A stretch of 64,000 nucleotides of DNA, from contig DATLAJ010000108.1 of the NCBI GenBank assembly GCA_035527515.1, positions 321 to 64,320 on the forward strand, read 5' to 3'. A program made the position numbers and the translations under genes. This DNA is from a bacterium. GTDB lineage: Bacteria > B130-G9. A model generated the notes under the pieces. That model was not told where the DNA came from, searched no databases, and saw nothing but the letters and a program-made list of their open reading frames with translations. Positions 26,364-34,599 of the stretch are shown one piece after another (position 1 is the stretch's first letter; every line of letters begins with the position of its first letter).

Positions 26364-27098
26364 CTACTTATATGCCTCAGTTGCGGCAATCGGGTACCAC
26401 CAACTCTTCCCGTAATCTGTGCCAGCTATCAACAGCACTATGTCGTCGCCGTTCTCAGGATATAGCTCGCTATCGCTCTTCATCTTCGGCGTGCTGCTCG
26501 GAACAACATCGGTATGCCGCTGATCCCGTCCCTTACTTGCTATGAAAACCCTTGCCGGCTGGATGGGAACGCTTATATATCCCCCACCCGCCTCGCCCTG
26601 CATCGGACTGTCCGAATCAGGATCAATATAAACCACATAGTAGCCCGAGTAGGACATATACGCGTACTCGTTGCTCCAACTGTCTGCGTAAAGACCACCA
26701 TCTGTCTCTGACTCAGTAGTCGCATACGGCCCGTTCCAGCCCATCCCGGTCGATGCGTCGTAGCTCGGCACCGGAACAGCATACAAATACGACTGCCCGC
26801 TGCTGTCGCATGGCAGCAAGTAACCATAGCTCGTCTTAGTCGCCGCAAGCATCTTCAAGCCAGAATAGACATTACTCCCGTCAGACACCCGCGTCGGAGG
26901 CCACTGGTTCACATCCCGGTAATAATTCACGGCCGCTTCCCGAATGTGCGCCATCTCCTCTCGCGTGGTCGACTCGTTCGCATCGTCCAAAACGTTGAAA
27001 ACCAGTGGCGTTATGACGCCAGCCAAGAGCGCTATGATCGCTATCACAACGACCATCTCGATCAGTGTGAAACCTTTTCCGCTAAAATCTCGCAGCAT
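26364..27098 (-). CDS. Prepilin-type (GspG-like) pseudopilin
   Basis: Leader 'MLRDFSGKG' followed by 'FTLIEMVVVIAIIALLAG'. Later 'GWNGPY' and 'DSWSNEYAY' recall the GspG 'DPWGNPY' motif. Confidence 0.8.
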   Translation of the reverse strand: MLRDFSGKGFTLIEMVVVIAIIALLAGVITPLVFNVLDDANESTTREEMAHIREAAVNYYRDVNQWPPTRVSDGSNVYSGLKMLAATKTSYGYLLPCDSSGQSYLYAVPVPSYDASTGMGWNGPYATTESETDGGLYADSWSNEYAYMSYSGYYVVYIDPDSDSPMQGEAGGGYISVPIQPARVFIASKGRDQRHTDVVPSSTPKMKSDSELYPENGDDIVLLIAGTDYGKSWWYPIAATEAYK

Positions 27099-27181
27099 AA
27101 CCTTACATCCCATCATCGGTTAACACCTCATCTCGCACTAACCGGTGCCCGACAACCGAAAGACATATATTGTTATCCGTT

Positions 27182-28396
27182 CTATTTCTTGATGAATGCG
27201 ATCATTCCATAAAGAGGCAAGAACACCGACAGCGCAACCGTCCCCACGATCAAACCCATTGACACGATCATCAGCGGCTCGGCTATCGCGAAAATCCGCC
27301 TGATTGTGTAGGGAACCTCCTTGTCGTAGTAATCGCTCACCTTCTCCAAAGTCATGTCGAGCTCCCCAGTCTCGTCACCAATCGCCAGCATCCGCAAAAC
27401 CAGCGAAGGGAACTCCCCGCTCTCCGCAAGCGCCTCGGGCATGGACCCACCGGCGCGAATTCTGTCGTGTGCCTCTCTTATGACCCGGCCCAAAATCACA
27501 TTGCCGATGACTTGCTCGACGATCCTTAGACACTCCGTAATCTCAACACCTGCACGATACAACGACGACATTGTATGGGAAAACCTGGAGAGCGCAACTT
27601 TTCTTATTAGCGTCCCAAACAGCGGCAGCTTCAGCTTGAACGCATCCCAGATTCTACGGCCGCTTTTGCTCCTCTTGATCACTATACGGAAAGCTATGAA
27701 TAGCCCTATCAGCGCAATAATAAGATAAAACCCGTAGTGAACCATAAAACCGCTTATGCCGATAACGATCCGCGTCGGAAGCGGCAGCTCCACATCAAAC
27801 TTACTGAAAATCTTCGCGAACCGCGGTATCGGAAAAACCAACAGAAACACGACCACGGCAGTGACAACGAACAAGATAACCACAGGATAGGCCAGTGCCT
27901 CGCGAATCTGCCCTTTCAGCTCCTCCTGCCACTCCAGATATGGCACAAGCCTCTCAAGAACCTCGTCAATACGACCCGTCGCCTCGCCCGCGCGCACCAT
28001 GCTGACGTAAAGCTGGTTGAACACTGTGGGATGGACTGACATCGCATCTGCCAGCATAGCGCCGTTCTCTACCTGGCTTGTTATATCGTGAATGATCCGC
28101 TTGAAACCCGGCTTCTCGGTCTCACGCGTTAAGTCCTGCAAACCCGTGAGAAGAGGCACCCCAGCCGAGATAACCGTCCCAAGGTGGATAGTGAACGTGA
28201 TCAGGTCTCGCGCCTTAACCTTAACTTTTTGGGCCTTGCGCTTCTTGGCATCTTTGCCATGTCCCTTCGATACTTTCGTAACTACGTAGCCAAGCTCACC
28301 TAGCCGCTCTACTAGAACCCCTGAGTTCTCTGCCTCCAGGACGCCTTCTGTCTCGCGGCCCGAAGCATCTCTCGCCTTATACGAAAATACGGGCAA
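27182..28396 (-). CDS. pilC: Type IV pilus/T2SS platform protein (PilC/GspF family)
   Basis: 404 aa with the duplicated GspF domain pattern ('LSRFSHTMSSLYRAGVEITECL', 'LAIGDETGELDMTLEKVSDYY') and three TM segments. Confidence 0.9.
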   Translation of the reverse strand: MPVFSYKARDASGRETEGVLEAENSGVLVERLGELGYVVTKVSKGHGKDAKKRKAQKVKVKARDLITFTIHLGTVISAGVPLLTGLQDLTRETEKPGFKRIIHDITSQVENGAMLADAMSVHPTVFNQLYVSMVRAGEATGRIDEVLERLVPYLEWQEELKGQIREALAYPVVILFVVTAVVVFLLVFPIPRFAKIFSKFDVELPLPTRIVIGISGFMVHYGFYLIIALIGLFIAFRIVIKRSKSGRRIWDAFKLKLPLFGTLIRKVALSRFSHTMSSLYRAGVEITECLRIVEQVIGNVILGRVIREAHDRIRAGGSMPEALAESGEFPSLVLRMLAIGDETGELDMTLEKVSDYYDKEVPYTIRRIFAIAEPLMIVSMGLIVGTVALSVFLPLYGMIAFIKK

Positions 28397-28416
28397 ACCT
28401 TCCTCGCTCAGTCTTT

Positions 28417-30189
28417 TTAGAACTCTACCTCTGCCGAAAGCAGAGTAACTCTACGAACCTCATCAATGGTCGTTATTCCATTCAGAACCTTGTTCATCCC
28501 ATCCGTAAACATCGAGTGCATCCCGAACTTCCTCGCTGCTCGCCTGATGTCCTCGATCGACGCACGCTGCTCCGCCATAGCCTGCATTTTCTTGTTCATA
28601 ACGATCATCTCAAATATGGCTATCCGGCCCTTGTATCCTGTGTGGTTACAGTAGCTGCAGCCCTTGCCTCGATAAAGCGTCAACACCTGATCCTTCCGCT
28701 GGATGGCCTCCTTGTCCTGAACGATCGATTCAAGCGCGTCCAGCCCGAGTGTCCCCTCTACGGCCTCCTTGTGAAGCGAAAGCAGCCTCAAATCCTGCTC
28801 ACTAGGCTCATACGCCTCCTTGCAGTTGGGACATATCAGCCGCACCAAGCGCTGGGCCATGATCCCGAGAATTGACGACGAAACAAGAAACGGCTCGATC
28901 CCCATATCCGTCAGCCTCGGCAAAGCGCCAGCCGCATCGTTCGTGTGCAACGTGGACAGCACCAAGTGGCCTGTAAGAGCCGCACGCACGGCAAGCTCCG
29001 CTGTCTCATCGTCTCTGATCTCTCCGACCAGAATAACGTCAGGGTCCTGCCGAAGCATTGAACGCAAGCCCAAGCCAAACGTGAAGCCTGCTTTGGGGTT
29101 GATCTCCGACTGCTGGATTATCGGAAGCTGGTATTCGACCGGGTCCTCAAGCGTAACAACCTTCCTCTCAAGCGTATTCACGTGGGAAATGGCCGAATAA
29201 AGGGTTGTAGTTTTCCCACTTCCCGTGGGGCCTGTAACGAGGATAATCCCATAAGGCATATCTAGCAGCGCCTCGAACTCGTTCCGCTCGTGTTCAGGAA
29301 ACCCCAGCTTCACTAAATCAAGCTGCAGCGTTGCCCGGTCAAGCAGCCTCAAAACCGCGTTCTCACCGGTTACCGTGGGAAATACGCTCACCCGGATGTC
29401 GATCTTCCGCTTCCCCACCGAGAACCCGATCTTGCCGTCCTGAGGAATACGACGCTCGGCAATATTCAAGTCCGCCATGATCTTGATTCTCGAAATGATA
29501 GACTCCCTTAAGTCCAACGGTATAGTCTTTCTCTGGTGCAAAATCCCGTCAATCCTATACCGAACACGCATCAGCTTCTCGTCAGGCTCAAAATGAATAT
29601 CAGTGCAGCGCTCATGAACGGCCTGGACTATAATCCTATCTACTAACTTGATGATCGGTGCCTGCGAAGCGGCCTCTTCGATCTCTCCAAGGCCAGCCTC
29701 GCCACGCCGCCTCATCGTATCTTCGGCCATTTTCATGCCTTCATCAATAATATCCTCTACGTCCTCATCGCTGCCGTAGAACTTATCGAGCGCCTTCTCC
29801 AAATCTTGCTCCGTTACCGCCACAGGACGAATCTGCAAGCCGGTCCGACGCTCCAACCCGTCAATAATGTTCACGTCATACGCGTTCACCATCGCAACGG
29901 TCAGTGTGAAATCATCTTTCGAAAGAGGCAATATGCTATGCGCTTTGCAGAAATCGGTCGGCACCAGTTTGAGCACGTCCTCTCCGATATCTGCCGCGCT
30001 TAGATCGATCTCGGAGCGACCTCCCTCGCCAGAAAGCGCGTTGACAAGGTCGTCCTCCGAAATGAACCCAAGGTCGAATAATATCTGACCAAGCAGCTCC
30101 CCTGTTCGCTTCTGTTCACTCAGAGCCAACTCAAGCTGCTGGTCATCTATTAGACCAATCTCTCTTAGCTTCTCCCCTAACAGCGCCAT
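28417..30189 (-). CDS. pilB: Type IV pilus/T2SS assembly ATPase (PilB/GspE family)
   Basis: Walker A 'VTGPTGSGKTT', Asp/His boxes, a tetracysteine 'CPNCK...CSYCNHTGYKGR', and an N-terminal GSPII_E_N/MshEN-like tandem 24-mer. Confidence 0.9.
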   Translation of the reverse strand: MALLGEKLREIGLIDDQQLELALSEQKRTGELLGQILFDLGFISEDDLVNALSGEGGRSEIDLSAADIGEDVLKLVPTDFCKAHSILPLSKDDFTLTVAMVNAYDVNIIDGLERRTGLQIRPVAVTEQDLEKALDKFYGSDEDVEDIIDEGMKMAEDTMRRRGEAGLGEIEEAASQAPIIKLVDRIIVQAVHERCTDIHFEPDEKLMRVRYRIDGILHQRKTIPLDLRESIISRIKIMADLNIAERRIPQDGKIGFSVGKRKIDIRVSVFPTVTGENAVLRLLDRATLQLDLVKLGFPEHERNEFEALLDMPYGIILVTGPTGSGKTTTLYSAISHVNTLERKVVTLEDPVEYQLPIIQQSEINPKAGFTFGLGLRSMLRQDPDVILVGEIRDDETAELAVRAALTGHLVLSTLHTNDAAGALPRLTDMGIEPFLVSSSILGIMAQRLVRLICPNCKEAYEPSEQDLRLLSLHKEAVEGTLGLDALESIVQDKEAIQRKDQVLTLYRGKGCSYCNHTGYKGRIAIFEMIVMNKKMQAMAEQRASIEDIRRAARKFGMHSMFTDGMNKVLNGITTIDEVRRVTLLSAEVEF

Positions 30190-30370
30190 CTCTCGAATAC
30201 CTCTATCTCAAGGTCAAACTCTTATACTTGCGGCAAAACTACCCGCCTACACCACACCAGCAATATCCCTAATAAACAAACTATTATTGCGCCCGGCGCC
30301 TCTACCGCGACCAAGCACCACAGCCCAGAGGCGCCGGCTTGTCAATTCAACAATATCTGACTCTCACACC

Positions 30371-30991
30371 TTACATGGTGCGGTAACCAATGTCGTCAAA
30401 ATGTGTCTCCGTTGCCCAAATCGGCGTTTGGACCGCAAAGTCCGGGCCAGCGCTCAAACACCAAACGTTGCTGCGCGTGCCTGTTTTCTGCTGGCTAGAC
30501 GGCCCGTAATCGAACGCCCCAACTGACACGACATACTTGTAAGCCCAAGGATCGTCGGTCACGTAGGGCAAATAAGGTCCATTCCAACCGTGAGACATAA
30601 AGCCACCCTCGGTCGCCGCTCTCTTATACCTATAAATATAGGTATTCTGATCCGGATTACCGTTGGTTACCAAATGGAAATACATGTCATCGGACGTATT
30701 GCCCCAAGAGGACTGAGCGTCCCCCTCGAAACGCGGCATGTCGCCCATATTCCCATAAAGGTAATCGATATCCGCCTCCGTCTGATACTGCGAGAAATAC
30801 GGCCAAGTTCCCGTATCCTTGTGGAACAGCAAAAGCGCGGTTGAAATGTTGCGGCAGTCACCAAGCGCTCTGGTCTGGTTTGCCTCGTCGATATACTTAA
30901 AGATCAACGGGGTCAGGATACCAGCTAGCAAGGCGATAATGGCGACAACCACAACGACCTCGATAAGGGTAAATCCCTTCTTGTTCATCAT
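30371..30991 (-). CDS. Prepilin-type (GspG-like) pseudopilin, first gene of the pilus operon
   Basis: The minus strand has GGGAGGTGAG directly before ATGATG (30991). 'MMNKKG' is followed by 'FTLIEVVVVVAIIALLAG'. 'GWNGPYLPYVTDDPWAYKY' and 'LSAGPD' are GspG-like. Confidence 0.85.
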   Translation of the reverse strand: MMNKKGFTLIEVVVVVAIIALLAGILTPLIFKYIDEANQTRALGDCRNISTALLLFHKDTGTWPYFSQYQTEADIDYLYGNMGDMPRFEGDAQSSWGNTSDDMYFHLVTNGNPDQNTYIYRYKRAATEGGFMSHGWNGPYLPYVTDDPWAYKYVVSVGAFDYGPSSQQKTGTRSNVWCLSAGPDFAVQTPIWATETHFDDIGYRTM

Positions 30992-31348
30992 CTCACCTCC
31001 CTCACTTCCAAATTTTTCCATCACTCCGCGGCCATGCTTGGTATGACTCTCAGGAGTGATGATACCAATTGAAAATTGATTTCTCATTTATCACTATCCC
31101 AGTGTATAAGAACCCTACAACACATACTCAATAGGAGTCAACCCCCTTTTCACATTCCTAAATGCCCGTGTAAACATGCCAAATGTAGCGACAAATGGCA
31201 AGCCCCACAACAATCCCAATATGTAGTATGCTCTCCCCACTACTACACTCAATACTGGCACTTGACCCGCAAACATGAGTATATATACAAAATAATGGCC
31301 AGCACAATCTGCCCTTTGCAACCATGACAACCAATAAAGGAGCAAAAA

Positions 31349-31927
31349 ATGAACAACCAAAACTCATTCAATACTAAACCTCAACCCAGCCAAGACCAGA
31401 TTCTGGTTATGATCATAGACCATCAGGAAAAACTCCTCCCACACATACTAGGACATGAGAGCATCCTGCAAAAGGTCTCCAGGCTACTCAAGTTCTGTAG
31501 CCTGCTGTCGCTTCCGATCACTGCTACTGAGCAATACCCGGCCGGGCTCGGCCCCACCGTGGCGCCGATCGCAGACCTTTTGACCGGCCACGTCTCGACC
31601 TTCCATAAGACCACCTTTTCGTGCATGAAGGACGAGCGTATCTCACAGCACCTAAGCGGCTCCGGCCGGCGTTGCGTGGTCATTTCTGGCATCGAGACTC
31701 ACATCTGTGTCCAGCAAACTGTCTGTGACTTGCTCGCCGCATCATACTGCGTCCACGTTCTCGCAGATTGCGTTGGCTCTAGGTCAGAACTTGACCACGA
31801 TACAGGCCTTGAGAGGATGCGGAATGCGGGGGCGACCGTATCCACGCTCGAGGCGTTCATGTTTGAGGTCCTCGGTTCATGTAAGCACCCGCTCTTCAAA
31901 CGATTCCTTAGCGAGATTATGAAGTAG
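31349..31927 (+). CDS. Isochorismatase-family cysteine hydrolase
   Basis: 'LVMIIDHQEKLL', 'VVISGIETHICVQQTVCDLL' (catalytic Cys context) and 'GATVSTLEAFMFE' match the isochorismatase/YcaC-like fold. Confidence 0.8.
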   Translation: MNNQNSFNTKPQPSQDQILVMIIDHQEKLLPHILGHESILQKVSRLLKFCSLLSLPITATEQYPAGLGPTVAPIADLLTGHVSTFHKTTFSCMKDERISQHLSGSGRRCVVISGIETHICVQQTVCDLLAASYCVHVLADCVGSRSELDHDTGLERMRNAGATVSTLEAFMFEVLGSCKHPLFKRFLSEIMK

Positions 31928-32106
31928 GCGCCCGCGACTGACGTCTGAGCATTCTCGCTCTCTGCTCTTCTGCCCTGAGCAAGGACTGACAGCTGATGGC
32001 GCACCCCTGAACGCAAACTTCGCCGACCCAGCCGGACCTCCCACCAAACAGCGCGCCTCCCAGCCTGCCATCCGCCTCGAAGACAAGCGCGGAAGGACGA
32101 AAACGG

Positions 32107-32137
32107 TTGCAGCTCGAATGCCCTGAAGGGGTATAAT
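32107..32137 (+). promoter_or_regulatory. Possible promoter (TTGCAG-N19-TATAAT) for the cyclase-like gene
   Basis: Perfect TATAAT at 32132-32137, 87 nt upstream of the ATG at 32225. The -35 is weak and the 19-nt spacing is non-optimal. Confidence 0.3.
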
Positions 32138-32224
32138 GCGAAGAGCTGTGGGCACTGGCCCAATATAAATATCTCAAGACGAAAACCGTGGAGTAGTTTA
32201 GCATTTGACCAAGGAACCGGAGCA

Positions 32225-33043
32225 ATGGCCGAATACACGAAAGCTGTCGTAACCTTCATAGATATTCTCGGATTCAAAGAGCTTGTGAGGACCCGGACGT
32301 GTGATGACATCAAGCGGATCCTGGGATTCTTCAGCCAAGTATCTCATGAAGCCAAGCTCGATGCCGGCATCCCGGGAATGTGGGAATCGACATTTGTTTA
32401 TTTCTCCGACTCGATAGTCAGAACAGTAAGAAACATAGACGACAGAAGCAAGCACAGCCTGACTGAAGATTTTTACTTTGAACTCCATGCGTTGAAACAC
32501 ATTCAGTGCAATCTTCTCTTGGAAGGGCTGGTCATCAGAGGAGCGATAACTGTCGGAGACATATTCGCCGAGGGTAAGATCGTTTTCGGGCCAGCGCTCA
32601 TCCGGGCGTGTAAACTTGAATCGGAAGTGGCCGAATATCCCCGGGTGATCATTGACCAAGGCGCATTTGACGAGCTCGACAGAAGTGAGTGGTTCCACGG
32701 AGCGATTGAGAACTACGCAAGGATGTGGGATGACGGTGTACTATTCGTGGATTATCTGCGTGGGCATCTGAATGAAACGGCACAGTCCGGCCCCTCCCTT
32801 GGAATCCCTTTCAGAGCGGGGATTGAGCCTATAGTCCGCCATCGTAAGCTTGTCGAAAGCAACCTGAGGAAGTTCGCGCAAAACCCCGCAATCCTAGAGA
32901 AATACAGGTGGTTGGCCGACTACCACAATTCATTAGTAACAATGATCTCAGAGTCAGGCGAGAGCTTCTTTGAGATCTGCGAAACGTCCCAAGACGAATT
33001 GCTGGTCCAGGATGAGGATATTGTGAAGCTACATGAACCATGA
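32225..33043 (+). CDS. Palm-domain nucleotidyl-cyclase-like protein (class III cyclase / GGDEF / Cas10-mCpol superfamily) with a helical C-terminal extension
   Basis: Ordered motifs: 'AVVTFIDILGFKEL' (Asp13), 'FVYFSDSIV' (Asp62), 'IRGAITVGDIF' and 'FGPALIRACKLESEV'. They parallel class III 'FxDIxGFT', 'GD', 'RIGIHTG' and 'VNxAARLES'. Assigned by eye only. Confidence 0.55.
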   Translation: MAEYTKAVVTFIDILGFKELVRTRTCDDIKRILGFFSQVSHEAKLDAGIPGMWESTFVYFSDSIVRTVRNIDDRSKHSLTEDFYFELHALKHIQCNLLLEGLVIRGAITVGDIFAEGKIVFGPALIRACKLESEVAEYPRVIIDQGAFDELDRSEWFHGAIENYARMWDDGVLFVDYLRGHLNETAQSGPSLGIPFRAGIEPIVRHRKLVESNLRKFAQNPAILEKYRWLADYHNSLVTMISESGESFFEICETSQDELLVQDEDIVKLHEP

Positions 33044-33176
33044 GGCAATCGCTGTAACGAGAGCTGTGTCTGGGAGGCTGAACAGGACGAGTATCCTAGG
33101 ATGAGGACGTTCGCAAGGGAGTATGATACCTTTCTGAGGTGATAAGATAATCCTGGCAAGAAGGAGGACACAGGCT

Positions 33177-33863
33177 ATGGGTGTTGATCAGAAAATCATC
33201 GATGAGGCTCTGAAGCAGATAGACTTTGCTCTTGAGGAGGTAAGCAGAGCCGGTTCCTCCCTGCGCGACGACTATCCGGACCTTGATATGCAGCCGAGAG
33301 CAGAGTTTGTCACTCTAGTCGTGGCAACGATTGAGCGATTTGCCCCCCCTGGGAGCGTCCATAGAAGGAACGCTGAGATGGCTATTAGGCATTTCCCCGA
33401 GGGGAATCGCTATTTCCTGTCAGAAGCAATCGGAACTCTGAGGGCGTTACGTGCCGATTATGAAAAGGGCTACTTGGCGGAGATTCACGAGCTCATTCAT
33501 GGAGATCTCTTCTCTGACTTTCTGGAGCAAGCTGAATATCTTCTCGAGGAGACCTGGAAAGATCCTGCGGCAGTCATCGCCGGCGGAGTCCTTGAAGAAC
33601 ACCTCAGGAAACTTTGTCAGAAGAATGGCATAGAAACCGTAGCCCCAGACAAAAAGGGAAAGATGCAGCCAAAAAAGGCGAGTAGAATGAATGATGAGCT
33701 GAAGGGCAAAGGTGCTTATGAGAAACTCGGCCATTCGCAGGTGGACAGCTGGCTCAAGTTGCGCAACCTCGCCGCCCATGGGAAATACCACGAGTATGAC
33801 GACAAACAAGTTGGCATTATGATCAGCGGCATCCGGGATTTCATTGTTCGTCGTCCAGCATGA
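33177..33863 (+). CDS. HEPN-domain protein (Rx4H motif), putative RNase effector
   Basis: 228 aa, all-helical. The C-terminal 'SWLKLRNLAAHGKYHEY' is an R-x4-H HEPN motif. The preceding 'DPAAVIAGGVLEEHLRKLC' helix is typical of DUF4145/Abi-type HEPN domains. Confidence 0.55.
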   Translation: MGVDQKIIDEALKQIDFALEEVSRAGSSLRDDYPDLDMQPRAEFVTLVVATIERFAPPGSVHRRNAEMAIRHFPEGNRYFLSEAIGTLRALRADYEKGYLAEIHELIHGDLFSDFLEQAEYLLEETWKDPAAVIAGGVLEEHLRKLCQKNGIETVAPDKKGKMQPKKASRMNDELKGKGAYEKLGHSQVDSWLKLRNLAAHGKYHEYDDKQVGIMISGIRDFIVRRPA

Positions 33864-34083
33864 ATTCGCCATTGCTTCTAGCTTGTCTCACCCGTCCAGA
33901 TCTTCGCGTCTGATGCATGATAATTCGCATTTTGGCCTCTTAGCGCATTCAACAACGGAGACAACGGCATGAACCGGAAGCGAATCTCAAAGGGCTTCTT
34001 CGTCTGGGCTTATGCGCTGAGCGTTGCGCTTTCTCTCGTAACTTCCGTGCTGTGGCCTCGATTCGTAGAGCGAGAACACCCCT

Positions 34084-34548
34084 ATGTGTGGGTGTATCTG
34101 TCCGCTATCTCCGGTGTCGCCTCTCTTCGCGTTGGTGGTTTTCGTGGTCTTTGTTTACAGGGTCTGGAAGGCCATTCAGGATGGGCACGCCCGGACAACC
34201 GCCGGAAAGGCTGCTGGATTCCTATTGATACCGTTCTTCAATATGTACTGGCTGTTTCAGGCAATATGGGGATTCGCCAAGGACTACGACCGATTTCTGG
34301 ACCGCAACGAGTTCAGCGCCTCGAAGCTCCCTGAAAAACTCTACCTCGCGTTCTCGATCCTCATCTCGACGAGGTGGCTCTACAGAACCGTCGCGACCTT
34401 GAAGCCAATACCCGGAGTCGGGTGTCTATTGGGGCCTTATTCGTATTTTCTCACCATCCCGACCTATATTCTCGGGATAATCGTCATCTACAAGAGCTGC
34501 AACGCGGTGAACAGCCTGCCAGAGCCAGCTGAAAAACGAGCTTCATGA
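34084..34548 (+). CDS. Small polytopic membrane protein (DUF4328-like loop motif), possibly the 3' part of a frameshifted gene starting at 33969
   Basis: TM-rich 154-aa ORF with 'RVWKAIQDG...GFLLIPFFNMYWLFQAIWGF'. The ORF 33969..34334 in another frame supplies a better RBS (GGAG) and an N-terminal TM helix. Confidence 0.45.
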   Translation: MCGCICPLSPVSPLFALVVFVVFVYRVWKAIQDGHARTTAGKAAGFLLIPFFNMYWLFQAIWGFAKDYDRFLDRNEFSASKLPEKLYLAFSILISTRWLYRTVATLKPIPGVGCLLGPYSYFLTIPTYILGIIVIYKSCNAVNSLPEPAEKRAS

Positions 34549-34599
34549 GGCGAGCTCGGCACGTGCGAGCCGACGATTTCCGGCAACCAGCAGAAGCAG

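Noticed and set aside
31115-31360. 81-aa hydrophobic ORF on the minus strand between the pilus operon and the isochorismatase-family gene.
   Set aside because: It sits in the AT-rich divergent promoter region, overlaps the start of the plus-strand gene, has no RBS and matches no family. Aromatic- and Leu-rich translation is expected from AT-rich sequence. It remains possible but is unsupported.
33447-33872. 141-aa antisense ORF across the HEPN gene and 166-aa antisense ORF (32198-32698) across the cyclase-like gene, considered as possible overlapping antitoxin-like genes.
   Set aside because: Neither has an RBS or recognisable motifs, and their composition is consistent with shadow frames. 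The sense-strand ORFs carry clear family motifs.
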